Positions 1 through 7,752 of a stretch of 64,000 bases of DNA are shown piece after piece. The translations under genes and the position numbers were made by a program. How positions within the stretch are numbered: position 1 is the stretch's first letter; every line of letters begins with the position of its first letter. The DNA comes from Dehalococcoidia bacterium. Its GTDB lineage: Bacteria; Chloroflexota; Dehalococcoidia; SM23-28-2; RBG-16-64-32. The notes beneath the pieces were generated by a model that did not search any database, had not been told where the DNA came from, and saw nothing but the letters and a program-made list of their open reading frames with translations. The stretch is from the NCBI GenBank assembly GCA_040882565.1, contig JBBEAZ010000024.1, forward strand, positions 105,662 through 169,661. Direction: 5' to 3'.

Positions 1-440
1 GGGGTCGCCTCAGCCAGCCAGCCCCACTCACGGCCCAGGGGCGCCTCCGGCTTCGACCGCCACGCCACATCCGAGGCGATCACCCAGCCATCAGCCTTCG
101 TTACCCGCGCGAGCTCTCGCAGCGCCGGCTCCAGGCCGACGATCGACGGCGCGCCGATACAGTACGCGGCGTCCATTGCGCCGTCCCGCACCGGCAGGCG
201 CTGCCCGTTCGCCCGCACCAGCGTCACGAGATCGCGCAGGTTGAAATGCCAGAACTTGGCCGTCGCGATGTGCACGAAAGAATCGTAGGGCTCCACCGCG
301 ACAATCTGGCACGCGAACTCGCCCGCGAGGTGCGCCGCCGCCTCGCCCTTGCCCGCGCCCATGTCCAGCAGACGCGTGGCCTCGCCGGGCCGCACTCTCT
401 CCGTGATGATCCCGACCGTCCGCGCCGCGCCCGGCGTCAT
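1..440 (-). CDS. class I SAM-dependent methyltransferase. Partial: the N-terminus is at 440 and the C-terminus runs off the window start
   Basis: The minus-strand frame is open from ATG at 440 to the window edge. Translation MTPGAARTVGIITERVRPGEATRLLDMGAGKGEAAAHLAGEFACQIVAVEP contains the SAM motif I (LDxGxGxG-like). It is not in the ORF track because no stop lies in the window. Upstream in-frame GTG codons at 527 or 488 are possible alternative starts. Confidence 0.6.
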   Translation of the reverse strand, partial: MTPGAARTVGIITERVRPGEATRLLDMGAGKGEAAAHLAGEFACQIVAVEPYDSFVHIATAKFWHFNLRDLVTLVRANGQRLPVRDGAMDAAYCIGAPSIVGLEPALRELARVTKADGWVIASDVAWRSKPEAPLGREWGWLAEAT

Positions 441-560
441 GTACTCCTGCCGGGCGTAAATCCGCGCGAAGTCAGGCAATGATCGACACCGTCTGCAGCA
501 CGCGTTCGGCCAGGCGGGTGTCGCCACTGAGGTCTATGACGATCACTCGATCGAGCGGCT

Positions 561-1673
561 TCATTCGCCCGCGTATCCGGGGTAACCCGTCACCAGGATG
601 TCCTCGCCGAGCCGCTCCACCGTCACCTCGCGCAGACGGAGCGCGTCGGCCATGCGGTCAGCGCCCTCGCCCGCCACGGCGCTGGGAGCATCCGCAGCAC
701 CGACGATGATCGGCGCTATGACGGCGTGCACCTTGTCCACGAGACCGTTGTCGAAGAACGAGCCCAAGATGACACCGCCGCCCTCGACGAGGAGCGTTAC
801 AACATCCCGCCGGCCCAGCTCTTCCAGCAGCGTCCGCAGGTAAACGTGCTCGCCGTCGAGCGGCAACGCGAGCACTTCCGCGCCGCGGCCTTCGATCGCC
901 GCCCGCCAATCGGCCGGAGCGTCCGGACCGGTCGCGACCAGCGTGTTGGCCGGGCCGGCCAGCGCCTGCGCCATCGGCGGCGTGCGTCCACGTGTGTCAA
1001 CGACCACTCGCAGCGGCTGCCGTTCGGCGTCCTCGCCGCCCGGGCGCGCCGTCAGCTGCGGGTCGTCCACTACTACAGTCGAGGAGCCGACGAGGATCGC
1101 GTCGATGCGGGTCCGCAGCAGGTGCGCCCATTCGCGCGTCTCCGGCCCCGAGACCCAGCGCGAATCGCCCGACGCCGCCGCAATCTTGCCGTCGAGCGAG
1201 GCCGCGAACTTCGCGATCACAAACGGCAGGCCGGTCGTGCGGTGCTTGAAGAAGGCCTCGTTGATGCGCCGGGCTTCGGCGTCGCCTTCACCGGCGATAG
1301 TGCTGATCCCGGCGGCTTCCAGTGCCTTTTGACCGCGTCCATCTACTTTCTTGTCAGGATCGCCGATTGCGTAGTGCACCTCCACTACGCCCGCAGCGAT
1401 GATCGCCTCGGCGCAGGGCGACGTCTGCCCGTGGTGAGCGCACGGCTCGAGGGTCACGAACATCGTCGCGCCGCGCGCTCGCTCTCCCGCCGCCTCCAGC
1501 GCGACGACCTCCGCGTGCGGACCCGGCGGCGGCTGCGTCACGCCTTCACCGACCACAGTTCCGTCAGCGGCCACGACAACGGCTGCCACCAGCGGGTTCG
1601 GTGAGACGTACTGCGGGGCGTTCCGCGCCAGTTCGAGGGCGCGCTCCATTGGTTCGGGGGTCATCGCGGCCAT
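561..1673 (-). CDS. ribD: bifunctional riboflavin-biosynthesis deaminase / 5-amino-6-(5-phosphoribosylamino)uracil reductase RibD
   Basis: 370 aa. It has the CMP/dCMP-deaminase zinc motifs HAEVVAL and TLEPCAHHGQTSPC, followed by a RibD C-terminal reductase-like domain (KFAASLDGKIA, LLVEGGG). Confidence 0.9.
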   Translation of the reverse strand: MAAMTPEPMERALELARNAPQYVSPNPLVAAVVVAADGTVVGEGVTQPPPGPHAEVVALEAAGERARGATMFVTLEPCAHHGQTSPCAEAIIAAGVVEVHYAIGDPDKKVDGRGQKALEAAGISTIAGEGDAEARRINEAFFKHRTTGLPFVIAKFAASLDGKIAAASGDSRWVSGPETREWAHLLRTRIDAILVGSSTVVVDDPQLTARPGGEDAERQPLRVVVDTRGRTPPMAQALAGPANTLVATGPDAPADWRAAIEGRGAEVLALPLDGEHVYLRTLLEELGRRDVVTLLVEGGGVILGSFFDNGLVDKVHAVIAPIIVGAADAPSAVAGEGADRMADALRLREVTVERLGEDILVTGYPGYAGE

Positions 1674-1729
1674 TATCCAACCTCAGGCTCGCGCGCTGCT
1701 ATACTTTCGCTTGCGGAAGGAGCACGCCA

Positions 1730-2329
1730 ATGGCAGCAGTCAGCGAACGAATCGAGAAGATCATCCAGACGATCAAGGACGAGCGGCGACGCTTCTACGT
1801 GTTCTGCCTCTCGCTGAGCGATGAGGAACTAGCGCGGCCAGTCCCCAACAGCACGTGGACGGTAAAGGACTTCATCCCGCACCTCGGGACCCTCGATACG
1901 CAGATCATCCGCTGGTTCGAGGGCGTAGCCGCCGGCATCCCCGATGAGACGATCCGCGACTCGGAAGGCGCTCCCTTCAACATCGACAACTGGAACGACC
2001 GCGCCGTGGCCGAGCGCCGCGACTGGACAGTGGAGCAGACCCTCGACGAGGCAGAGGCCAACCGCGAGCAGTTGATTGCCACTCTTGAGAGGCTCACCGA
2101 CGAGAACATCGAGACGATCGTCCACTTCAGCGGCGACAACAAGCGCCCCGCCGCCAAGGTGCCGCTCAAGTTCTTCCTCTCCGGATGGGCGCACCACGAC
2201 GCCATCCACGTCGCGGACATGCTGAAAGCGCTCCCCGAGCGGGCCAACGACCCCGAGATGAGGGCCTGGCTCGACCACCCGGCCGTCACCTGGTACCAGA
2301 AGGCGATGGAGGGGCCGGCGGTCCGCTAG
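1730..2329 (+). CDS. DinB/MDMPI-like (DinB_2 superfamily) four-helix-bundle protein
   Basis: The start was chosen at ATG 1730 (MAAVSERIEKII), preceded by GGAAGGAG. The longer listed ORF from 1601 has a low-complexity Arg-rich leader. The W-T-V-K-D-F-I-P-H-L motif and conserved His residues are typical of DinB_2 / mycothiol maleylpyruvate isomerase N-terminal-like proteins. A paralog lies at 57375-57866. Confidence 0.6.
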   Translation: MAAVSERIEKIIQTIKDERRRFYVFCLSLSDEELARPVPNSTWTVKDFIPHLGTLDTQIIRWFEGVAAGIPDETIRDSEGAPFNIDNWNDRAVAERRDWTVEQTLDEAEANREQLIATLERLTDENIETIVHFSGDNKRPAAKVPLKFFLSGWAHHDAIHVADMLKALPERANDPEMRAWLDHPAVTWYQKAMEGPAVR

Positions 2330-2860
2330 GCACCAAGCGCATTCAATCGACGTTTCACAGCGTTCAATCGACGCTTTCGGCGGTCGTGTGTATCTGCGCT
2401 TTCGTTGTCCGGCGGGAACGGTTCGTCCGGGTCACAGTCATCGGGTTTCGTCGCCTGTCTCGACTCTGGGACTGTAGCCACCCTCATACCATACTTGCAA
2501 TTGTGGATATTCGTGACACTTTGAGAGCAATCACTTCGGACAGAGAATTGCGGAAGATGAGAGCGAAGAACTGAGCACGTATTTCGTTGAGACCGACCAA
2601 TGGCAGCGCATGTTCAAAGGTGAGGTCGGGTGCCGTTCTTGTACCGAGATGCGCTCGATATGGTTCAAGGAGCCGCCGAGTAGTGCGCGTGTCGGCTGTT
2701 ACAACGGTCAGAGCTGGTGATAATCGCTGACATTTTGACATCTGTGGCACGTAACCGCCCGACAGCCCATGGGAGCTGGCGGGAATGGCGAAGGATGAGA
2801 TTGACAGCACTCCTACAGCAGGTGCATTGTAGGGCCCACTAGGACCTAATGGGAGGACAC

Positions 2861-4027
2861 ATGTCATCTCTTACGCTGTTGGCGGGAACGAGCAATCAGG
2901 CCCAAAGTGAACGCTGTCCTTGGTGTGACAACCCGATAACCCACCGGCAGTTCGAGGAAATAAGAGCGAGAATAGCCTCCGAAGAGCGGAAGCGAGCGGC
3001 GGACGCGGCTGCCCAGTTAGAGGCGGAGCTCAACAGAGAGCGCGCGGAGGCCAAGAAGGTCGTGGAGTCAGAACGGGCCCGTCTAGCGAAGGAAGCCGAC
3101 GCCAGGGTGACCGCTGAGGTTAAGTCGGCCCGCGAAGAAGCGGCCGAGGCAAGCCGTCTCCAACTCGCCGAGATGGAGAAGGCGGCCATAGCCGCCGAGG
3201 CGCGCGTCGACGCTCTTGAAGCGGGCCAAGAAGATATGATTGCGGCCCGGCTCAAGGAGCAACGGACCGCCCTAGAGAAGGACAAGATTGACGCTTTGAA
3301 CGCCGAAAGGGCGCAGCGCTCAAAGGACGAGCTGAAGTTCAAAGAGAAGGTCGACCTCCTCCAACGTCAGCTCGAGAAGAAGACAGCGGAAGACCTAGGT
3401 GAGGGCGCAGAGGTCGACCTCTTCGAAACGCTGAGGGAGGCGTTCCCCGAGGACCTCATCACGCGAGTCGGGAAAGGTAAGGAAGGCGCCGACATTTTGC
3501 ACAGGGTCCGGGACTCTGGCGGCCACCAGTGCGGTTCAATCGTCTACGATTCCAAGAATCGCACGGCTTGGCGCAACGAATACGTAACAAAGCTTCGGAA
3601 GGATCAACTTGTAGCGAAAGCGGAGCACGCGATTCTCACATCTCTCGCGTTCCCAGCCGGCGCGAGGCAGCTTCACTTGCAGGATAGCGTGGTTGTATGC
3701 AATCCCGCGCGAGCTCGGGCAATCGTTGAATTGCTTCGCCGACATATCGTACAGACCCACACCATGCGGCTCAGCGCAGAGGCACGAGCCGAGAAGACTG
3801 CGCATCTGTACGATTTCGTAACATCAGATCAATGCGCTCAACTCCTAGAACAAATCGAGGCGCGTGCCGCAGACATTCTGACCCTTGACGTCACTGACAA
3901 GAAAGCGCACGAGTCGACCTGGAAGAAGCGTGGCGAAATGGTGCGCGCGATTGAGCGTGCTCACTTGGACCTTTCCACGGAGATTGATCGCATCATTGGT
4001 GGGCAATCGATTCGGCTCGTGAAATAG
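2861..4027 (+). CDS. zinc-ribbon / long coiled-coil protein with a C-terminal DUF2130-like region (possible PD-(D/E)xK nuclease fold)
   Basis: ATG 2861 follows GGGAGG. The N-terminus has a CPWC zinc ribbon. About 200 aa of E/K/A-rich coiled coil follow. The C-terminus has the conserved block GKGKEGADILHRV ... GSIVYDSKN ... W ... KLRKDQ, read by eye as a D / D-x-K catalytic-like arrangement. The DUF2130 assignment is from memory of the family architecture and was not searched. Confidence 0.75.
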   Translation: MSSLTLLAGTSNQAQSERCPWCDNPITHRQFEEIRARIASEERKRAADAAAQLEAELNRERAEAKKVVESERARLAKEADARVTAEVKSAREEAAEASRLQLAEMEKAAIAAEARVDALEAGQEDMIAARLKEQRTALEKDKIDALNAERAQRSKDELKFKEKVDLLQRQLEKKTAEDLGEGAEVDLFETLREAFPEDLITRVGKGKEGADILHRVRDSGGHQCGSIVYDSKNRTAWRNEYVTKLRKDQLVAKAEHAILTSLAFPAGARQLHLQDSVVVCNPARARAIVELLRRHIVQTHTMRLSAEARAEKTAHLYDFVTSDQCAQLLEQIEARAADILTLDVTDKKAHESTWKKRGEMVRAIERAHLDLSTEIDRIIGGQSIRLVK

Positions 4028-4028
4028 C

Positions 4029-4982
4029 ATGGGGGATCCGAAGGTGGTTCGCCTTGCTCCCAATCTAGACGCGTTGCAGGAACGTCGACTGGGTCGCACT
4101 GTACTTCGTACCTATCGGGCTACTCTGGACATCGACGACCTCATTCCCAACGAACGCCAACCTAGGCTAGGACCGAAGGAAGACGACGAACTACAGCGCC
4201 AAATTGAGGCCAATGAAGGAGTCTTCGAGCCCTTGCTGGTCGAACCTCACCCTGATGTGCCAGACAAATTCAGAATAATTGACGGCGAGCGACGTTGGAC
4301 GAACTCACTCGCGCTTGTGCACCAGGGGAAAGAACAGTATCGACAGCTGCCCGTCGAGATAACAGATAGAACACTCTCTGACGATGAACGATTGAGGGCG
4401 TGGATTTACATTCATCGCCAGCGCAAAGAATGGGACGCCAAAGAGAAAGAGATGGTGGCCTACAGACTCGTACAGTTAATGGGACGAGCCAGCGCCGCCA
4501 GTATATTGGGCATCACCGTTAGAGAACTGGATAAGCTGGTCGACATATTCGAGCTGTCTGAGCGGTTTGACAATCTGCGGGACCCGAGCGCAGCTATCAC
4601 CTGGGCACGTGAACTGAATGGCGTAAGCAAGAAGCTTCTAACCCCATCGATCGTTGATGCCGTCGTAGGCAAAGTCGGCGACAAGCGCATAACGAACTCT
4701 AAGGATATTCGCAAACTTCGTGTGATCCTTCGCGATCCAGTAGCCAAGGCGAACTTCCTGTCGGATGAGGGTGATATTGATTCCGCGTTGCTGCGAATTG
4801 CCCCGGACGAATCCAGTAAGGACGAACGTGACATCCTCACTCAGCTCGACTTCGCGATGGAGTCCATCCGACGTGCTCCGTGGACTACGCTTGAACAACA
4901 CCGAGGAGACGACCGCTTGATTCGACGCATCGATGAAGCCGAGGAGCTCCTTAGGGCGCTACGCGAGAAGTTGTCGAGGTAG
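4029..4982 (+). CDS. ParB/Srx (ParB N-terminal CTPase / nuclease-like) domain protein with a central HTH
   Basis: The start lies 1 nt after the upstream stop (TAG 4025-4027, ATG 4029), suggesting translational coupling. EPLLVEP ... FRIIDGERRWTNS matches the ParB box II GERRxRA arginine-finger motif. AASILGITVRELDKLV is HTH-like. The C-terminal 130 aa are helical and of unknown function. The gene has about 52 % GC. Confidence 0.8.
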   Translation: MGDPKVVRLAPNLDALQERRLGRTVLRTYRATLDIDDLIPNERQPRLGPKEDDELQRQIEANEGVFEPLLVEPHPDVPDKFRIIDGERRWTNSLALVHQGKEQYRQLPVEITDRTLSDDERLRAWIYIHRQRKEWDAKEKEMVAYRLVQLMGRASAASILGITVRELDKLVDIFELSERFDNLRDPSAAITWARELNGVSKKLLTPSIVDAVVGKVGDKRITNSKDIRKLRVILRDPVAKANFLSDEGDIDSALLRIAPDESSKDERDILTQLDFAMESIRRAPWTTLEQHRGDDRLIRRIDEAEELLRALREKLSR

Positions 4983-5054
4983 GGTCCCGCCGTTAGGAGC
5001 CGCCGGGCAATATGCGGCGCGTCAACTTACGCGAGCGTCAGCGTTTGAGAAAGA

Positions 5055-5225
5055 GACCGTCGAGGACGCCACGCAGGAGCTGTCGCATTGACAAGCCTTG
5101 GCGTCGAAGTTCCGGAGGGAGCGCGACTTGGCGGCCGCTGGTCCGCGAATCTTGCGGCCTGGTTGTCGCGGACTTAGAGTAGGGCGCGATGACGGGGAGA
5201 CCGGGGATTCCCCCTCGCGCAGAGG
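5055..5225 (+). repeat. copy A of an imperfect ~145-170 bp direct repeat (partner at 18186-18330)
   Basis: It aligns at about 85 % identity with 18186-18330. Shared blocks are GTCGCAT, AAGTTCCGGAGGGA, GCGACTT and GGTCCGCGAATCTTGCGGC..GTCGCGGACTTAG..GATGACGG. It has nested hairpins (GTCCGCGA/TCGCGGAC and CCGC-gaatctt-GCGG). Confidence 0.7.
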
Positions 5226-5390
5226 CTTCGGGCGCGAAGTCGAAAGGGGTATGTGGCACGGCCACGCCAGTGTCTCAGGACCCTCTCGGCGGCGAGGTGG
5301 TGGCAATGCGATGGGCTGGCTGTATCGCCCTCGGCCCAAGGGGGGTTACCTCGACCGGCTCATCCCCCGTTACCACTTGGACTGTCTGTC

Positions 5391-5756
5391 TTATGGAACG
5401 TCTTTCTTGGTTTGATTCAGCTTCTCCAATACCGCAGCGAGGGCGTCGATTGTTGCGTCGACGTCGAGAGCTCTGCGGCGGGCATTGTCGTGTATCCAAG
5501 CTAGAGCCTCGGACATTGGTTCACCCTCATCAACGCTGAATTCGTCAATCTGTACGCCCTGTTCGTTGGCGATGGACAAGGTATAGGTGGCACTAAAGGT
5601 AGATTTTAGATCACCGGTGATCCTGACCGAGGCAGGGCCAAAGTTGGCGTCGAAGATGCTATAGTCCGGTTTCGCAATTAGCGCGCGCCATTCTAGCTTG
5701 TCGCTGGCTTCAGCTAGATTCTTAACGATCGATTCGTATCTTGGTGGTATGGGCAT
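5391..5756 (-). CDS. hypothetical protein (121 aa)
   Basis: It is a clean ORF on the low-GC islet with no recognisable motifs (MPIPPRYESIVKNLAEASDKLEW...). Confidence 0.45.
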   Translation of the reverse strand: MPIPPRYESIVKNLAEASDKLEWRALIAKPDYSIFDANFGPASVRITGDLKSTFSATYTLSIANEQGVQIDEFSVDEGEPMSEALAWIHDNARRRALDVDATIDALAAVLEKLNQTKKDVP

Positions 5757-5766
5757 CCTATTTCCT

Positions 5767-6270
5767 TTACGCTTGGCGAGCGTCGAACTGCATTCTAGTC
5801 GATAGGGCGGTGAGAAAAGAAGAAAGTTGCGTTAGGGAGACATGCACGCTCGTCAGTTGTGAATCCTTGGGGTGCGACTCACCTAGTGTGGCCTTGAGTA
5901 GCAGTTTCTCCATATCCTCTACCTGCTCGATGTGCGAGTTGAATGTTTGGGTATCGTCTGCCGGGATGCCAGCTCCTGCGAGCTTTGCGAGGGCTTCCCT
6001 TAGATCGCTCATGCGACCGAGAGCGGCGCCATACTGCCGGTTTCGGACGTGCTCTTGGAGGTTAGTAATGATTCGAACAGCGTTAGTCAGGTCAGTCAGT
6101 TGAAGCTGGCGTGCGAGTTGTCGGGTTGTCGCGTAGACGGTTTCGGCTCTCTTTGCGACAGTATCGGCAGCACTGCGAATCTGCCAGACGGCAACTATCA
6201 GCGCGACGGCTGTCGCCCCTATCCCAGCCAATGCGATGATGTCACGCCAGCCGTCATTCAGAAATCCCAT
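5767..6270 (-). CDS. hypothetical membrane-anchored coiled-coil protein (about 167 aa)
   Basis: The start was moved to Met 6270 (MGFLNDGWRDIIALAGIGATAVALIVAVW, one TM helix). The upstream part of the listed ORF (to 6438) only translates the tRNA-like remnant (..GLEPPTPG..). Confidence 0.5.
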   Translation of the reverse strand: MGFLNDGWRDIIALAGIGATAVALIVAVWQIRSAADTVAKRAETVYATTRQLARQLQLTDLTNAVRIITNLQEHVRNRQYGAALGRMSDLREALAKLAGAGIPADDTQTFNSHIEQVEDMEKLLLKATLGESHPKDSQLTSVHVSLTQLSSFLTALSTRMQFDARQA

Positions 6271-6356
6271 TTCACCGTATGATAATGGTTTGTAGGCACC
6301 CGTGATCTTGGGCGCACAGCGCTCACAACCTGAGATACGGACGCACACCGCCAGCA

Positions 6357-6410
6357 GGATTAGGTTTCCTAAACCGGGTGTCGGCGGTTCGAGTCCGTCC
6401 CGGGGCACCA
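6357..6410 (+). pseudogene. tRNA-Arg(CCU)-like 3' fragment: anticodon arm to CCA, with no matching 5' half. Likely an att-site remnant
   Basis: TAGGT-TTCCTAA-ACCGG / GTGTC / GGCGG-TTCGAGT-CCGTC / CCGGGGC-A-CCA. It has a canonical T-arm and U33/A37 flanking the CCT anticodon. The required 5' acceptor strand GCCCCGG is absent upstream. Confidence 0.5.
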
Positions 6411-6618
6411 CAATTTCGTGCCTGTAGCGAAACCCCATCGACCTACGGTCGGCGCCGGTCCGGGCGAGCCCGCGACCCTCGGAGTGGAAGGAATATCTGC
6501 CCGCTATAAGTCAAGTTACGTTGATTGTGAGGTTGGTTTGGTCATACCCATTCGCGTTCATGACGTAGATCTCAGAGAGTTCGGGTCGGACTAGCGCGGC
6601 GCTTACAATACCCCTGAC

Positions 6619-7158
6619 TTGGCACCCATTACCTATCGCCCCTTTGTTCCCGCTGACCTCCCGCGCATCCGCGACATAGATCGCAGCGAGCGCATCGGCG
6701 TCCTCTATATCCAGCACGGAACACAGCCAGAGGAACGCCGCGGCGACTTCGACTCCCCCAACTGGCTCACGGAAGGCGACGGCGAGCACTCTCTTGCGGC
6801 CCAGCAAGCGCACGTCGAGGAGTTGCTGGCGTCAGGCGCTGTTGCCCTCGGCGCTTTCGATGGCGATCGCCTGGCTGGCATCGGCGTTCTTGTCCAGCAC
6901 CTGCGGCCCGGCGTCGCGCAGCTCGCCTACCTGCACGTGAGCAACGGCTATCGGGCCAGCGGCATCGGCCAGCGGCTGTCCGAGGACCTCGACCACATCG
7001 CCAGGGAAGGCGGCGACAGCGAGATCGTCGTCTCCGCTACGCCGTCACAGAACACCGTGCGTTTCTACACGGGCCGCGGCTACCAGCCGATGGCCGAGCC
7101 GCTCCCCGAACTCTTCGCGCTGGAGCCGGAGGACATCCACCTCCACAAGAAGCTGTAG
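6619..7158 (+). CDS. GNAT family N-acetyltransferase
   Basis: 179 aa, apparent TTG start. The acetyl-CoA motif region is GIGQRL .. VRFYTGRGY. Confidence 0.8.
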   Translation: MAPITYRPFVPADLPRIRDIDRSERIGVLYIQHGTQPEERRGDFDSPNWLTEGDGEHSLAAQQAHVEELLASGAVALGAFDGDRLAGIGVLVQHLRPGVAQLAYLHVSNGYRASGIGQRLSEDLDHIAREGGDSEIVVSATPSQNTVRFYTGRGYQPMAEPLPELFALEPEDIHLHKKL

Positions 7159-7258
7159 CCCGCCGAGGGCGGTATCATCGCAGCGATGAGACAACAAAAT
7201 GACCCTATTCTTCCGAGAAGTAGGGCCGTAAGCGAGGCAAGGCCCCGGCGAACGACGG

Positions 7259-7576
7259 TTAACGGGCTGTGATGGGCTCCACGCTGCCGTCGGCCGCGAT
7301 GCGCGACGCCAGGATGACCGTCGCCCCGAAGAGATCGCCGTCTTCTTCGATCGGTTCGCCGGCGTTGAGGCCGACGCGGACGTTCAGCGGCTCGCCCTCG
7401 CGGTCGGCAAAGGCGCGTTGGAGCCCGTTGGCGTCGCCTCCTCGGAGCCGTTGACAGTCGCCGGATCCCCCGCCAACGGACGAACCCCCAGGGCTGACGG
7501 CCGCGCTCCACCCACCGGCTGACGGTGCGCCGGTCGATCCCCAGCCTCCGTGCTGCTTCTGAAGCGTTCCCGCCAC
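7259..7576 (-). pseudogene. possible remnant of a class III adenylyl/guanylyl cyclase (C-terminal ~45 aa of the cyclase homology domain only)
   Basis: VRVGLNAGEPIEEDGDLFGATVILASRIAA resembles the C-terminal cyclase motif (IRIGIHTGEVV..GD.FG..VN.AARL). The N-terminal two-thirds of the domain are missing. Confidence 0.3.
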
Positions 7577-7752
7577 ACTCTCTTCAGGTTTCGATGATTT
7601 CTCGTATCTCTGTTCGCTGCATCCGTCATTCTAAGCACCTGTGCCATAAGTCGTGAGAGAACAAGAGTTAGTTGACTAATTCTGCGGCCACTCCTATACT
7701 TAACCCACTTCGGAAAAGGATCGAGGCTCGCGGGCCGGGGGAGGGGTTTAAG

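Larger units (their letters stand above)
2330..6450. mobile_element. low-GC genomic islet (about 4.1 kb), putative horizontally acquired segment; no integrase present
   Basis: GC drops to about 50-57 % against about 66-70 % in the flanks. The AT-rich intergenic stretch 2330-2860 marks one end. The islet ends at a tRNA-Arg(CCU)-like 3' fragment (6357-6410) with an encoded CCA. All genes inside are hypothetical or defence-like. Confidence 0.5.

Noticed and set aside
726-1604. 292-aa plus-strand ORF and several others (598-843, 943-1332, 992-1249) overlapping ribD
   Set aside because: They are antisense or out-of-frame to ribD, with Arg-rich low-complexity translations
1674-1729. FMN riboswitch upstream of ribD
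   Set aside because: The divergent intergenic space is only about 56 nt, too short for an FMN aptamer. No conserved FMN-element blocks were seen
6335-6410. Full tRNA or tmRNA 3' domain at the islet boundary
   Set aside because: No 5' acceptor strand complementary to CCGGGGC exists upstream, so it is not a full tRNA. The acceptor does not match the GGGG... tmRNA 5' end, so it was called a 3' fragment
6511-6813. 100-aa minus-strand ORF
   Set aside because: It overlaps the GNAT gene start and has no motifs. It was judged spurious
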